Below are positions 35,601 through 45,802 of a DNA stretch of 64,000 bases, piece by piece; position 1 is the first letter of the stretch; the number at the start of each line of letters is the position of its first letter. Location of the stretch: assembly GCA_964421985.1 (NCBI GenBank), contig CAYQZE010000108.1, positions 2,224 to 66,223 of the forward strand, in the 5' to 3' direction. The DNA is from an uncultured Dehalococcoidia bacterium (GTDB taxonomy: Bacteria > Chloroflexota > Dehalococcoidia > DSTF01 > JACRBR01). The notes under the pieces were generated by a model. The model did not search any database. It was not told the origin of the DNA and saw only the letters and a program-made list of their open reading frames with translations. The translations under genes and the position numbers were made by a program.

Positions 35601-36671
35601 CTACTTCGTCGCGATGTAGTAGTTGTTCATGATGTCGCCTTCGACCTGCTTCACGCCGATGTCGCGAAATCCCGCCTCGGTCATAAGCTCCCGGGCCTTC
35701 TGCTCGCCCCACGCCGTGCCCAGCCCCTCGCCGCCCAGCGCCAGCGACACCGTCATGCAGTGCATCGTGGAGATGGTGTAGAGGAACGCGCCGAGCGGGT
35801 GATCTTTGTTCTCCTCCACGTTACTGGAGGCTGCGATATCCACGCAGAAGTACGTCCCGCCTTGTTTGAGCGCTTCGTAGATGCCCTTCAGCACGCGGCG
35901 TGGGTGAGCCTGGTCGTGCACCGAATCGAACGTGGTGATCAGGTCGAACTTCTTCGAACCGTCGAGCGTGGCGGCGTCTTTCACCTCGAACGCCGCATTT
36001 GTCAGACCCAATTCCTTCGCCTCCGCGCGCCCCCGTGCCACGCCTTCGTCCGAGAAGTCGTACCCGGTGAAGCGGCTCTTCGGGAACGCCTTCGCCATCA
36101 AGTTGATCGCGTGTCCCGCACCGCATCCGACATCGGCCACGTCAATGCCGCTCTGCAAACGCTCCACGAGCCCCGGCGCCAGCGGCAGCGTGCTCTGCAG
36201 CAGCGTGGCGTCGAATACAGCGGTGCTCTCTTCCCGCATCAGTTCCTGGAAGCGCGGGAACTGCGAATAGGGGACGCCGCCGCCGTTCTTGAACGCGCCC
36301 ACGATGCCGGTCTCGACGTTGCCGATCTCGGAGAAGAACAGTGCGAACGCGGCGAGGTTACCGGGGCCAGCCGCCCGCGTGATCGACATCGCATGTTCCG
36401 CCGGCAGCTCGTACTTCTTCGACGCCGGGTCGTAGTCGACGATGCCGCCGGCGAGCATGGCACCCAACCACTCCCGCACATAGCGCTCGTTCAGTCCCGT
36501 CGCGGCGGCGATCTGCTCACTCGTGGACGGCGGCAGCACGGCCATCTTGTCGAACAACTCCGTGCGGTGGCCAATGCTGACCATGAACGCCAGGGATGCA
36601 CCGTTCATGATGCCTATCATCTTTCCGCCGAACGCCGCCGCCTTCTCCGCATCGATCGTCTGCGTCGTCAT
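35601..36671 (-). CDS. class I SAM-dependent methyltransferase, Rv2258c-like paralog
   Basis: VADVGCGAG and the N-terminal region ERYVREWLGAMLAGGIVDY match the architecture of the 34464 gene. Confidence 0.85.
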   Translation of the reverse strand: MTTQTIDAEKAAAFGGKMIGIMNGASLAFMVSIGHRTELFDKMAVLPPSTSEQIAAATGLNERYVREWLGAMLAGGIVDYDPASKKYELPAEHAMSITRAAGPGNLAAFALFFSEIGNVETGIVGAFKNGGGVPYSQFPRFQELMREESTAVFDATLLQSTLPLAPGLVERLQSGIDVADVGCGAGHAINLMAKAFPKSRFTGYDFSDEGVARGRAEAKELGLTNAAFEVKDAATLDGSKKFDLITTFDSVHDQAHPRRVLKGIYEALKQGGTYFCVDIAASSNVEENKDHPLGAFLYTISTMHCMTVSLALGGEGLGTAWGEQKARELMTEAGFRDIGVKQVEGDIMNNYYIATK

Positions 36672-36864
36672 CGTTCCTCCTTGCGTATTGCCGATTCAAG
36701 ACTTCCTGCCACCAGTATCGGACAGGTTACACCCCTACACCTGTGAACGCGTTCACAGCCCAAGAACGCCGCCGCGCCTTGGCCGCCCCGGCCCCCCACC
36801 GGGGTACGCACCTTGCACCGCGCTCCTCCTCGCGCGAAGCTACGCGAGAGGAGGAGCGCATCAG

Positions 36865-37587
36865 GTGTCGAAGCTGTCGTCCAACATCCGCGACCGCCCC
36901 CCAGATTCTTCGGCCCTCTTGGGCTCGCCGCTGCTGGCAGCCATCCGGGCCTCCGATCTCCAAGCGCTCGTGAAGCTCGCGCGGGTCCGTTCCTGGGAGG
37001 CGGAGCAAGTGCTATTTCAGCGCGGCGACGCGGGCGACGGCCTCTACGCGATCGTCTCCGGTCAAGTGCGCATCGTGCTCGAAGGCGCCAGCGGTTCGGA
37101 AGTCATCGTGCGTGTGCTCGCTACGGGCGACGTCTTCGGCGAGTTTTCGGCGCTCGACGGCCTACCGCGCAGCGCGACCGCGATCGCCAGCACCGGCGTG
37201 CGCGGTCTGCACATCAGCTCACGAGACTTCGACCGCTGGCTGGAGATGCACCCGGCCGTGGCGCGACCAATGCTGGCTCTGCTGGCGCAACGGGTGCGAA
37301 CAACCAACGACCAGCTCGCGGAGATCGGCCTGCTCGGACTGGAAGGGCGCATCGCTCGGCGGCTGTGGCAACGTTTTGCCGATGCTTGCCACGGCCGTCC
37401 GCGTGACGGCATGCGGCTCGCTGTCAACCAGCGCGAGTTCGCCGCCGAGATGGGGATCACGCGGGAGAGCGTCAACAAACACCTGGCCCGCTGGAAGGCG
37501 CGCGGCGTACTCTCCATCGAGAAGGGCGAAGTCGTGCTGCTCGACGCTCGGGCGTTCTACGGCGAGGCCGGCTCCGCTATCGCCTGA
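36865..37587 (+). CDS. Crp/Fnr family transcriptional regulator
   Basis: The GTG at 36865 is preceded by GAGGAGGA. Has a cNMP-binding domain (LFQRGDAGDGLYAIVSGQVRI) and an HTH (QREFAAEMGITRESVNKHLARW). Confidence 0.85.
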   Translation: MSKLSSNIRDRPPDSSALLGSPLLAAIRASDLQALVKLARVRSWEAEQVLFQRGDAGDGLYAIVSGQVRIVLEGASGSEVIVRVLATGDVFGEFSALDGLPRSATAIASTGVRGLHISSRDFDRWLEMHPAVARPMLALLAQRVRTTNDQLAEIGLLGLEGRIARRLWQRFADACHGRPRDGMRLAVNQREFAAEMGITRESVNKHLARWKARGVLSIEKGEVVLLDARAFYGEAGSAIA

Positions 37588-37594
37588 CGAGCCG

Positions 37595-38464
37595 TCACCC
37601 CGCAACACTGCTTTCGGACGCATCGACGACACCAGCGCGCGCGTCGAGCCAGTCAACGATGTCGCCGAGCACTTGGTCCTTCTCCGGCTCGTTAAGAATC
37701 TCGTGAAACAGCCCTCGATAGAGCTTCAGCGTCTTGTCGGTCGATGCGGAACGCTGGTAGAGAGCTTCGCTGCCCTCCGGACGCGTGAGCGCGTCCTCGG
37801 TCCCGTGCATGATCAGCAATGGGTAGTCGATCGTCTCCCTCCGCTCATTCACGATGCGCGCGGCGCGGATCATCGCCGCCACGAGTCCGGCCGGCATCTT
37901 GCCGCGGAAGTTCAGCGGGTCCGCGTCGTACCAGGCAACAACCTCCGGGTCACGCGACACCGTGGCGGCTGCGAGCTTCCGCAGCCGCAGGCGCGGCGTA
38001 AAGCGTCCCAGCAGCAACAGGATGCGGGTGATCAGCCGCGGCGTCTTCGTCGGCGCGCCGAGCCCAGCCCCGCTGAGCAACAGGCCGCGCACGGCGGGCC
38101 GCCGGGTCACCGCCGCCAGCGCGACGATCGATCCGCCCATGCTGTGCCCCAGCAGCCACGGCGCTGCGCCGCCATGCTGCGCGCGCACCCGTGCAAGAAA
38201 CGCATTGACATCGTCCAGATACTCGTTGAACGAACGCACGAAGACCCTCTCGCCTTCGGACCGGCCGTGCCCGCGCAGGTCGAGTGCATGCACGGCGTAC
38301 CCGCGCTTCGCCAGCCACGTGCCCACGTAGTCGTAGCGGCCGCTGTGCTCGGCGTAGCCGTGCACGATGACAAGCACGCCTTTCTCGTCGCCGTCCGGCA
38401 GCCACGACCGCTCGAACAGCCTCAGCCCCCCGGTCGTTTGAAACGTACCCTCTCGCTTCTGCAT
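37595..38464 (-). CDS. alpha/beta hydrolase (lysophospholipase/monoacylglycerol lipase-like)
   Basis: VIVHGYAEHSGRY, RGHGRSEG and the GHSMGG nucleophile elbow. Confidence 0.85.
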   Translation of the reverse strand: MQKREGTFQTTGGLRLFERSWLPDGDEKGVLVIVHGYAEHSGRYDYVGTWLAKRGYAVHALDLRGHGRSEGERVFVRSFNEYLDDVNAFLARVRAQHGGAAPWLLGHSMGGSIVALAAVTRRPAVRGLLLSGAGLGAPTKTPRLITRILLLLGRFTPRLRLRKLAAATVSRDPEVVAWYDADPLNFRGKMPAGLVAAMIRAARIVNERRETIDYPLLIMHGTEDALTRPEGSEALYQRSASTDKTLKLYRGLFHEILNEPEKDQVLGDIVDWLDARAGVVDASESSVAG

Positions 38465-38582
38465 CTCACCCTCGATCCCGATCGTTCCTGCCAGCACGCG
38501 TCAGTATCGGGCTTTCGGCCGCGATCCTCCACCCGGCCGTTCGCTACACTCCGACCACACGTTCGATGGCAACGAGCTGCAT

Positions 38583-41500
38583 ATGTCCGCATTCGACTCC
38601 TTTCATCCCGCGGTACGGGCCTGGTTTGCGAGCCGCTTTGAAGGACCAACGAGCGCCCAACTCGACGGCTGGGATGCGCTCGCCGCCGGCCGCGACGCGC
38701 TGATCGCGGCGCCGACCGGGTCCGGCAAGACGCTGGCGGCGTTCCTGTCGAGCATCGACTCCCTGATCAAACGCGGGCTCGCCGGCGAGTTGCCGGCGGG
38801 CATCGACGTCGTCTACGTCTCGCCGTTGAAGGCGCTGAGCAGCGACATCCAGCGCAACCTCGAAGCGCCGCTGGCGGGCATCCGCGACGCGGCCCGCGAG
38901 ATGGGGATCGCGCCGCCGGACATCCGAGCAGCGCTGCGCACTGGCGACACGCCGCAGGCGGCACGCGCGGCGATCCTCCGCCATGCGCCGCACATCCTGA
39001 TCACGACGCCGGAGTCGCTCTACCTGATGCTCACGGCCGAGCGCAGCCGGGCGCTGCTGACCAACGTGGGCACAGTGATCGTCGACGAATTGCACGCGCT
39101 GATGCGCGACAAGCGCGGCAGCCACCTGATGCTCACGCTCGCCCGCCTCGACGCGCTGTGCGAGCGGCGGCCGATCCGCATCGGACTTTCGGCCACCGTG
39201 CATCCGATCGAGGACGCGGCGCGCTACCTCGTGGGAACCGCGACGGCCGAAGACGATCGCGCGCCCGGCTGCACCATCGTCGACGCCGGCCATCGCCGTG
39301 ACCTCGATCTGGCGATCGAAGTGCCGCCCGCCGACCTTCAAGCCGTGGCCGCGCACGAGCAGTGGGCCGACATCTACGACCGCATCGCAGCCCTCATCAA
39401 CGAGCACCGCACCACGCTCGTCTTCGTCAACACGCGGCGCATGGCGGAGCGCATCGCACACAATCTGGGCGCGCGTCTGGGCGAAGAGCACGTCGCCGCG
39501 CACCACGGCAGCCTCTCGAAAGACAGGCGGCTCCGCCTCGAACAGCGGCTGAAGGCGGGCGAAATGCGCGCCATCGTCGCGACGGCGTCGCTCGAGCTGG
39601 GCATCGACGTCGGCACGGTCGACCTCGTATGCCAGATCGGTTCGCCGCGGGCGATCACGACCTTCCTCCAGCGGATCGGCCGCTCCGGCCACGCACTCGG
39701 CCTGACCTCGCGCGGCCGCCTGTTCGCCACCACGCGCGACGAGCTGCTGGAGTGCGCGGCGCTGGTGCGCGCCGTGCGTGCCGGCCGGCTCGACCGCGTG
39801 GAGCCGCCCGTCGCGCCGCTCGACATCCTGGCGCAGCAGATCGTCGCCGAGTGCGCCTGCCGCGAGTGGGACGAGGACGCGCTCTACCATCTGGTGCGAA
39901 CCGCGACGCCCTTCGCCGCGCTGACGCGTGCGGACTACGAGGACGTACTGGAGATGTTGAGCGAGGGCGCCGCGCCACGCGTCGGACGCGGCCGCGCCCT
40001 CCTGCACCGCGACCGCATCAACCGCACGTTGCGCGGCCGCCGCGCCGCCCGCATCACTGCGATCACCTGCGGCGGCGCCATCCCGGAAGTCGCCGACTAT
40101 CGCGTCATTTTGGATCCGGACGAGACCTTCATCGGCACGGTAAACGAAGACTGGGCGATCGAGAGTATGGCTGGCGACATCTTCCTGCTCGGCTCGCACT
40201 CGTGGAAGATCCGCCGCGTGGAGTCGGCGCGCGGCGTGCTGCGCGTAGAGGACGCGCAGGGGCGGCCGCCCAGCGTGCCATTCTGGCTCGGCGAAGCGCC
40301 GGGACGCACGTGGGAGCTGTCCGAAGAGGTAAGCCGTCTTCGGCGCGACATCGCGGAGCGCCTCGATCCGCCGCAGGACGCCGCCGGCTGGCTGCAGCGC
40401 GAGTGCGCGCTCGACGCCGCCGGAGCATCGCAGATCGTCGAGTACGTCGCCGCCGAACGGGCGGCGCTCGGCATCGTGCCGTCGGACAGCGATATCGTGT
40501 TCGAGCGCTTCTTCGACGACGCGGGCGGCATGCAACTCGTCGTGCACGCACCGTTCGGTGGGCGCGTCAACCGCGGCTTCGGCCTGGCGCTGCGCAAGCG
40601 CTTCTGCGTGAACTTCGACTTCGAGCTGCAGGCAGCGGCGACCGACGACGCGGTCGTGCTGTCGATGGGCCCCCAGCACAGCTTCCCGCTGGAGGATGCG
40701 TTCTCGTTCGTGCGCGCCGCGAACGTCCGCTCGTCGCTCGAACAGGCGATCCTGTACGCGCCGATGTGGGGCGCGCGCTGGCGCTGGAACGCGACGCGTT
40801 CGCTACAGGTGCTGCGCAGCAACGGCGGCAAGCAGGTGCCGCCGCCCATCCAGCGGATGCGGTCCGACGATCTGCTCGCGGCTGTCTTCCCCGAACAGGT
40901 CGGCTGCCAGGAGAACCTGACCGGCCCGCTGCAGATTCCCGATCACCCGCTGACGCGCCAGACCGTGCGCGATTGCCTGCACGAGGCGATGGACGTCGAC
41001 CGGCTCGAAACGGTATTCGAGCGGATCGAACGCGGCGAGATCCGCATGCACGCACGCGACACCACCGAGCCGTCACCATTCGCCCACGAGATCTTGAACG
41101 CGAAGCCATACGCGTACCTCGACGACGCACCGCTGGAGGAACGCCGCACGCGCGCGGTCATGCTGCGCCGCACGCTGCCCCAAAGCCAGCGCGACCTCGG
41201 GCAACTGGATGCCGCCGCCATCGCTCGCGTCCGCGACGAGGCGCGCCCGGAGCCGCGTGACTCGGACGAACTGCACGACCTGCTGCTCAACCTGGTCGCG
41301 TGCAGCCCCTCCGGAGAATGGGGCGCATGGCTTGACGAGCTGATCACCGCCGGCCGCGCCTCCGTGGTACAGACGCAGGCAGGCGACCTCTGGTTCGCCG
41401 CCGAGCATGTGCGCGCTGTCGAAGAGCTCTATCTCGGGGCGCACATCGATCCGCCCGTCGTGCTGCCCGCGCACATCGAAGCGCCATCAGGCACACGGGA

Positions 41501-42896
41501 GGACGCGGTGCTCGCGGTCGTCCGCGGCCATATGGAGTACCTTGGGCCCGCCACCGCCGACGGCATCGCCGCGATGCTCGCGCTGGGCGCGGGCGAAGTC
41601 GCCTCAGCGCTGGCGCACCTCGAGGGCGAGGGCCTCGTGCTCCGCGGTTCATTCACGCCGGAAACGAGCGGAGAAGAGTGGTGCGACCGCCGCTTGCTGG
41701 CGCGCATCCACCGCCTCACGCTCGACCGCTTGCGCAGCGAGATCGAGCCCGTGACGGCGCAGGACTTCATGCGCTATCTCTTCGTGCGGCAGCACGTAGC
41801 CAGCCAGCGACGGTTGGAGGGAAAGCGCGGCGTGCTCGAAGCGGTCGCGCAACTGCAGGGTTTCGAGATTGCTGCGGCGGCCTGGGAACGCGACGTGCTG
41901 CCGATGCGCGTCAGCAACTACAACCCGCAGTGGCTCGACGAACTGTGCCTCGCCGGCGACGTCGCCTGGGCGCGGCTGTCGCTCAAAAAGACAACCGCGC
42001 GCAGCGGCCGCGGCGCAACACCTCATCGGGCAACACCGATCACTCTCGCGCTCCGCCGCGATCTCGGCCGCTTGCTCGAGGTCGTGCGTGGCTCGCAGCA
42101 GCCTGAAGATCCGCCTACGGGCGCCGCTGCAGCAACGCTGGACGCGCTGCGCCAGCATGGCGCGCTGTTTTTCGAAGACCTCGCCGCCGCGAGCCGGCAG
42201 CTCCCCGCGCAGCTCGAAGAGGCGCTCTGGGATCTCGTCGCGCGCGGCCTGGCGGCCGGCGACGGCTTTCAATCGCTGCGACAGATCATGACGCCGGCCG
42301 GGTCGGCGCGCGCCCGCTCGGCGCGGCGGCACAGCCGTCAATCCGGCCCCCGCCTGCCACGCTCGACATCGCCGCACGGCCGGTGGGCCGTCGTTCACCG
42401 CTTCCAGCCGGAGCCGTCGCCCGCGGACGAGCTGGCGGAATCCGTCGCCGAGCAGCTGCTCGCACGGTACGGCGTCGTCTTCCGCGATCTCGTCGCGCGG
42501 GAGAACTTCAGCACGCCCTGGCGCGACGTCGTGCGGGCTCTGCGCCGGATGGAGGCGCGCGGCACCGCCCGTGGCGGGCGATTCGTCGCCGGATTCATGG
42601 GCGAGCAGTACGCCCTGCCCGAGGCGGTGGAAGGCCTGCGCCGCGTCCGTCGCGAGGAGCGCAGCGGGGAGCTCGTGCGGATCAGCGCCGCGGATCCACT
42701 GAACCTCGCGGGCATCATCACGCCGGGCGCGCGCGTGCCGGCCCTGCACACGAACGCCGTCATCTTCCGCGACGGGCTGCCGATCGCCATCGAGGAGGGC
42801 AAGCACACCCTCATCCGTCCCGAGGCCGGTGACGTCGATCTGCGCGACGTGCTGGGGAGTCGTCGAGCGCTGCCGATCCCTGCCGCCCGACCGTGA
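38583..42896 (+). CDS. lhr: Lhr-type large ATP-dependent DEAD/DEAH helicase
   Basis: 1437 aa with motif I APTGSGKT, motif II VDELH and a long Lhr-like C-terminal region. Confidence 0.92.
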   Translation: MSAFDSFHPAVRAWFASRFEGPTSAQLDGWDALAAGRDALIAAPTGSGKTLAAFLSSIDSLIKRGLAGELPAGIDVVYVSPLKALSSDIQRNLEAPLAGIRDAAREMGIAPPDIRAALRTGDTPQAARAAILRHAPHILITTPESLYLMLTAERSRALLTNVGTVIVDELHALMRDKRGSHLMLTLARLDALCERRPIRIGLSATVHPIEDAARYLVGTATAEDDRAPGCTIVDAGHRRDLDLAIEVPPADLQAVAAHEQWADIYDRIAALINEHRTTLVFVNTRRMAERIAHNLGARLGEEHVAAHHGSLSKDRRLRLEQRLKAGEMRAIVATASLELGIDVGTVDLVCQIGSPRAITTFLQRIGRSGHALGLTSRGRLFATTRDELLECAALVRAVRAGRLDRVEPPVAPLDILAQQIVAECACREWDEDALYHLVRTATPFAALTRADYEDVLEMLSEGAAPRVGRGRALLHRDRINRTLRGRRAARITAITCGGAIPEVADYRVILDPDETFIGTVNEDWAIESMAGDIFLLGSHSWKIRRVESARGVLRVEDAQGRPPSVPFWLGEAPGRTWELSEEVSRLRRDIAERLDPPQDAAGWLQRECALDAAGASQIVEYVAAERAALGIVPSDSDIVFERFFDDAGGMQLVVHAPFGGRVNRGFGLALRKRFCVNFDFELQAAATDDAVVLSMGPQHSFPLEDAFSFVRAANVRSSLEQAILYAPMWGARWRWNATRSLQVLRSNGGKQVPPPIQRMRSDDLLAAVFPEQVGCQENLTGPLQIPDHPLTRQTVRDCLHEAMDVDRLETVFERIERGEIRMHARDTTEPSPFAHEILNAKPYAYLDDAPLEERRTRAVMLRRTLPQSQRDLGQLDAAAIARVRDEARPEPRDSDELHDLLLNLVACSPSGEWGAWLDELITAGRASVVQTQAGDLWFAAEHVRAVEELYLGAHIDPPVVLPAHIEAPSGTREDAVLAVVRGHMEYLGPATADGIAAMLALGAGEVASALAHLEGEGLVLRGSFTPETSGEEWCDRRLLARIHRLTLDRLRSEIEPVTAQDFMRYLFVRQHVASQRRLEGKRGVLEAVAQLQGFEIAAAAWERDVLPMRVSNYNPQWLDELCLAGDVAWARLSLKKTTARSGRGATPHRATPITLALRRDLGRLLEVVRGSQQPEDPPTGAAAATLDALRQHGALFFEDLAAASRQLPAQLEEALWDLVARGLAAGDGFQSLRQIMTPAGSARARSARRHSRQSGPRLPRSTSPHGRWAVVHRFQPEPSPADELAESVAEQLLARYGVVFRDLVARENFSTPWRDVVRALRRMEARGTARGGRFVAGFMGEQYALPEAVEGLRRVRREERSGELVRISAADPLNLAGIITPGARVPALHTNAVIFRDGLPIAIEEGKHTLIRPEAGDVDLRDVLGSRRALPIPAARP

Positions 42897-43019
42897 CACG
42901 GGACCCGGACCTCGTCACCATCGCCCGGATCGCCAACCGCGACGTCCATCGCGTCGCCTCGCCCATAACCGCCGCCTGATCTACGCTCACGCCACATTCG
43001 CGCAGCAGGAGGCACCGCC

Positions 43020-44330
43020 ATGGCTGACATCCGCGATCTGGCCGAACGACTGTGGAACGGTACGCTCACGACCCGTGAGGTGCACCCCGTGACGGAGCAG
43101 TTCCGCGAAGGGGTCGAGATCTTGCCCGGCGTGCTCTTCTACAAGGGGTTCGCCAGCGCCAACACCATCGACACGGGCGAAGCGCTCGTCATGCTGGACA
43201 CAGGCGCCGTGACCGATACGAAGGCGCTGTTCGAGGCCGTGCGCAAGTGGCGCCCGGACACACCGCTCGCAGCCGCCGTCTTTTCGCACCATCACGTCGA
43301 CCACATCTTCGGCGTCGGACCATTCGAGCGCGAAGCCGGCGAGAAGCGCTGGACGCGCCCGCTCGTCTACGGGCACGCCGGGCTCGCGCCAAACTTCGAC
43401 CGTTACAAGAAGACGCGCGGCTGGAACGCCGCGCTCAACGTACGCCAGTTCGCGTTTCCGGTCGCGCGCCCGGACGGGCGCCCGCCTGGGCGCTTCGAAT
43501 GGCCGGAACACTACCGCTACCCTGACGTGTCGTATCACGACCGCATGACCTTTCGCAGCGGCGACCTCACGTTCGAGCTGAATCACGGCCGCGGCGAGAC
43601 CGACGACGCGACGTGGACGTGGATCCCGGAGCGAAAGATTCTGGCGCCCGGCGACTTGTTCATCTGGGCCGTGCCGAACGCCGGTAACCCACAGAAGGTG
43701 CAGCGCTTCGCCGGCGAATGGGCGGCGGCGCTGCGCAAGATGTGCGCCCTGGGCGCAGACACCATGATCCCCGGCCACGGCCTGCCGATCTTCGGCGACG
43801 ATCGCATCCGGACGGCGCTCACCGACACCGCCGACTTGCTTGATTCGCTTGAGGCGCAGGTTCTGGCGCTGATGAGCGCCGGTGCGCCGCTCGACCGCGT
43901 GCTGCACGAAGTGCAGATGCCGGAACATCTGCTCGCGAAGCCCTACCTGCGGCCGGTGTACGACCACCCGCAGTTCATCCTGCGCAACATCTGGCGCCTC
44001 TACGGCGGCTGGTACGACGGCGAGCCCGACAATCTGCTGCCGGCGCCTCGCGCCGAGCAGGCGCGCGAATGGGTGTCGCTCGCGGGCGGCCTGGACAGCG
44101 TGCTGGAGCGCGGGGCTGCGCTGAAAGCCGCGGGCAACCTCCGCCTCGCGTGCCACATCGTAGAGTTCGCCGTGCTCGCCGAGCCTTCCTCGAAGGAGGC
44201 ACACGCGCTTCGAGCCGAGGTGTACGGCGCCCGATCGAAGCTGGAAGAGTCGTCGATGTCCCGCAACATCCTCAACCACGCCGCCCTCGCCAGCCAGCAG
44301 GGCAAGCGGGACCTCGCCGGCGAGTACTGA
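43020..44330 (+). CDS. MBL-fold alkyl/aryl-sulfatase-like hydrolase lacking the C-terminal SCP2 domain
   Basis: Contains HHHVDH (HxHxDH) and a region resembling the alkyl-sulfatase dimerisation domain (NIWRLYGGWYDGEPDNLLP...AAGNLRLACHIVEF). The protein ends right after it. A CAGGAGG RBS precedes the start. Confidence 0.85.
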   Translation: MADIRDLAERLWNGTLTTREVHPVTEQFREGVEILPGVLFYKGFASANTIDTGEALVMLDTGAVTDTKALFEAVRKWRPDTPLAAAVFSHHHVDHIFGVGPFEREAGEKRWTRPLVYGHAGLAPNFDRYKKTRGWNAALNVRQFAFPVARPDGRPPGRFEWPEHYRYPDVSYHDRMTFRSGDLTFELNHGRGETDDATWTWIPERKILAPGDLFIWAVPNAGNPQKVQRFAGEWAAALRKMCALGADTMIPGHGLPIFGDDRIRTALTDTADLLDSLEAQVLALMSAGAPLDRVLHEVQMPEHLLAKPYLRPVYDHPQFILRNIWRLYGGWYDGEPDNLLPAPRAEQAREWVSLAGGLDSVLERGAALKAAGNLRLACHIVEFAVLAEPSSKEAHALRAEVYGARSKLEESSMSRNILNHAALASQQGKRDLAGEY

Positions 44331-44510
44331 CGCGCGGGTGCGCCGGCCACCGTCCGGCGCCGCCACCCCCGTCGGACTGCGCCTCAACCGGGGAAAAGAT
44401 TAGGCCATGTGGCGCTGGATCGGATCCCGTGCGAGGCCGTATGCTATGGGCACGCACCGGAGCCCCTGCGGCCGATGCTGCTACTAGACCGCACCCTGAG
44501 GAGGCGCAGC

Positions 44511-45593
44511 ATGCAGTCCAATATCCTGGAAGAACTTCGCAAGGAGTCGGGCGGCGAAGACCTCGACCTGTCGTGGCTCGACAAGCCGGCAGCGGAACGC
44601 GGACTGCGCGTCGCCCCGGGCCGCCGCGGGCTGACGCTCGAGGACATCGCCACCCAGTCGTACGGCGATATCCCTGACCACACCAGCAACCAGAGCGGTC
44701 GCATGCGCGGCGCCGCCCCACGCAAAGACCAGCAGCGCACGTCGAACCACTGGGGCGACAAGTCTGCCTCGTGGTCCGACTCGGCGATGCTCCTCTACGA
44801 AGAGGCCGTGCAGCGCCAGTGGAGCAGCGCCACCGACATCCCGTGGGCGGAGCTGCCGGACCTGCCGGAGGAGATGGAGCTGGCAATGTCGCAGCTCTGC
44901 ACCTTCCTTACCCAGGTCGAATTCATCGCCGGCGACGTGCCCGGCATGTACGCGCCGAACATCAGCGGTGAATTCTTCGAAGTTGGCATGTTCCTCGCCA
45001 GCCAGATCATGGACGAAGCGCGTCACCTTGATGTGTTCCGAAAGCGCGCGCTCGCCAACGGCATCGGCCTGCTGAAGGCCGGGCCGGGTGCGATCGGGCT
45101 CCTCGTCGCGCAAGACTTCACCGAGATGGCCTCGACACTGCACCTGGTCGGCGAGGGCTTTGTGCAGTCGATGTTCCGCATGGGCGAGATGTTCGCCCAG
45201 AGCGAAGTCGACAAGCGCATGTTTCGCCTCGCTGCACAGGACGAGAGCCGGCACGTCGCATTCGGGGTCATGCACATGAAGCACGTGATGGAGACGCAGC
45301 CCGAACGGCGCGACGAGATCCACACCTACCTCGACCGCATGGAGGGCAACCTCGGCACCGGTTCGACGCAAGCGGGGCTGACGGGCGGCGGCGAGACGGG
45401 CGAGGCACTGGCGATCCTGCTCGGCGGCGGCACCAGCGAGGCTCAACTCCGCGAGGGGTACGGCAAGCTGCTGGCGATCCGCAAGCGCCAGGTGAACGAG
45501 TACATGCACCGGCTGGAGGTCGTGGGACTGGGCGACCGCCGCCAGCGCATGAATCCCTTCATGGCGATGCTGCTGGACCCGCCGAAGAATTAG
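44511..45593 (+). CDS. ferritin-like diiron-carboxylate protein, paralog 2 (complete E..ExxH..E..ExxH motif)
   Basis: The ATG at 44511 is preceded by GAGGAGG. Ligand-like pattern: QVEF ... (32 aa) ... DEARH ... VGEGF ... (30 aa) ... DESRH. It shares LDLSW, LYEEAVQRQWSSATDIPW and FRKRALANG with the other two paralogs. Confidence 0.8.
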   Translation: MQSNILEELRKESGGEDLDLSWLDKPAAERGLRVAPGRRGLTLEDIATQSYGDIPDHTSNQSGRMRGAAPRKDQQRTSNHWGDKSASWSDSAMLLYEEAVQRQWSSATDIPWAELPDLPEEMELAMSQLCTFLTQVEFIAGDVPGMYAPNISGEFFEVGMFLASQIMDEARHLDVFRKRALANGIGLLKAGPGAIGLLVAQDFTEMASTLHLVGEGFVQSMFRMGEMFAQSEVDKRMFRLAAQDESRHVAFGVMHMKHVMETQPERRDEIHTYLDRMEGNLGTGSTQAGLTGGGETGEALAILLGGGTSEAQLREGYGKLLAIRKRQVNEYMHRLEVVGLGDRRQRMNPFMAMLLDPPKN

Positions 45594-45802
45594 AGGTTGG
45601 AGGGCAGACGTTGGAGGTTGGATCGCCAACCCAGACCGTCCGCCTGGAGATCGAACTGTGGGGGCACGCGGCGGTCGAAGAGTCGCCGCAGGAGACCGTG
45701 CCCTTGCTCTGACCAGTAACGCAGCAGCGAAAGCACAGGTAGGGGCGCAGCCCGCTGCGCCCGCATCGGGCGATGACGCCCGAACAGACAGGACACAAAC
45801 GG

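Noticed and set aside
38544-41260. Long alternative-frame ORFs inside lhr (38544..40679 minus, 711 aa; 39362..41260 plus, 632 aa)
   Set aside because: Their composition is dominated by Arg/Ala/Pro/Gly. They overlap the motif-rich Lhr reading frame entirely, and no independent start signals are present.
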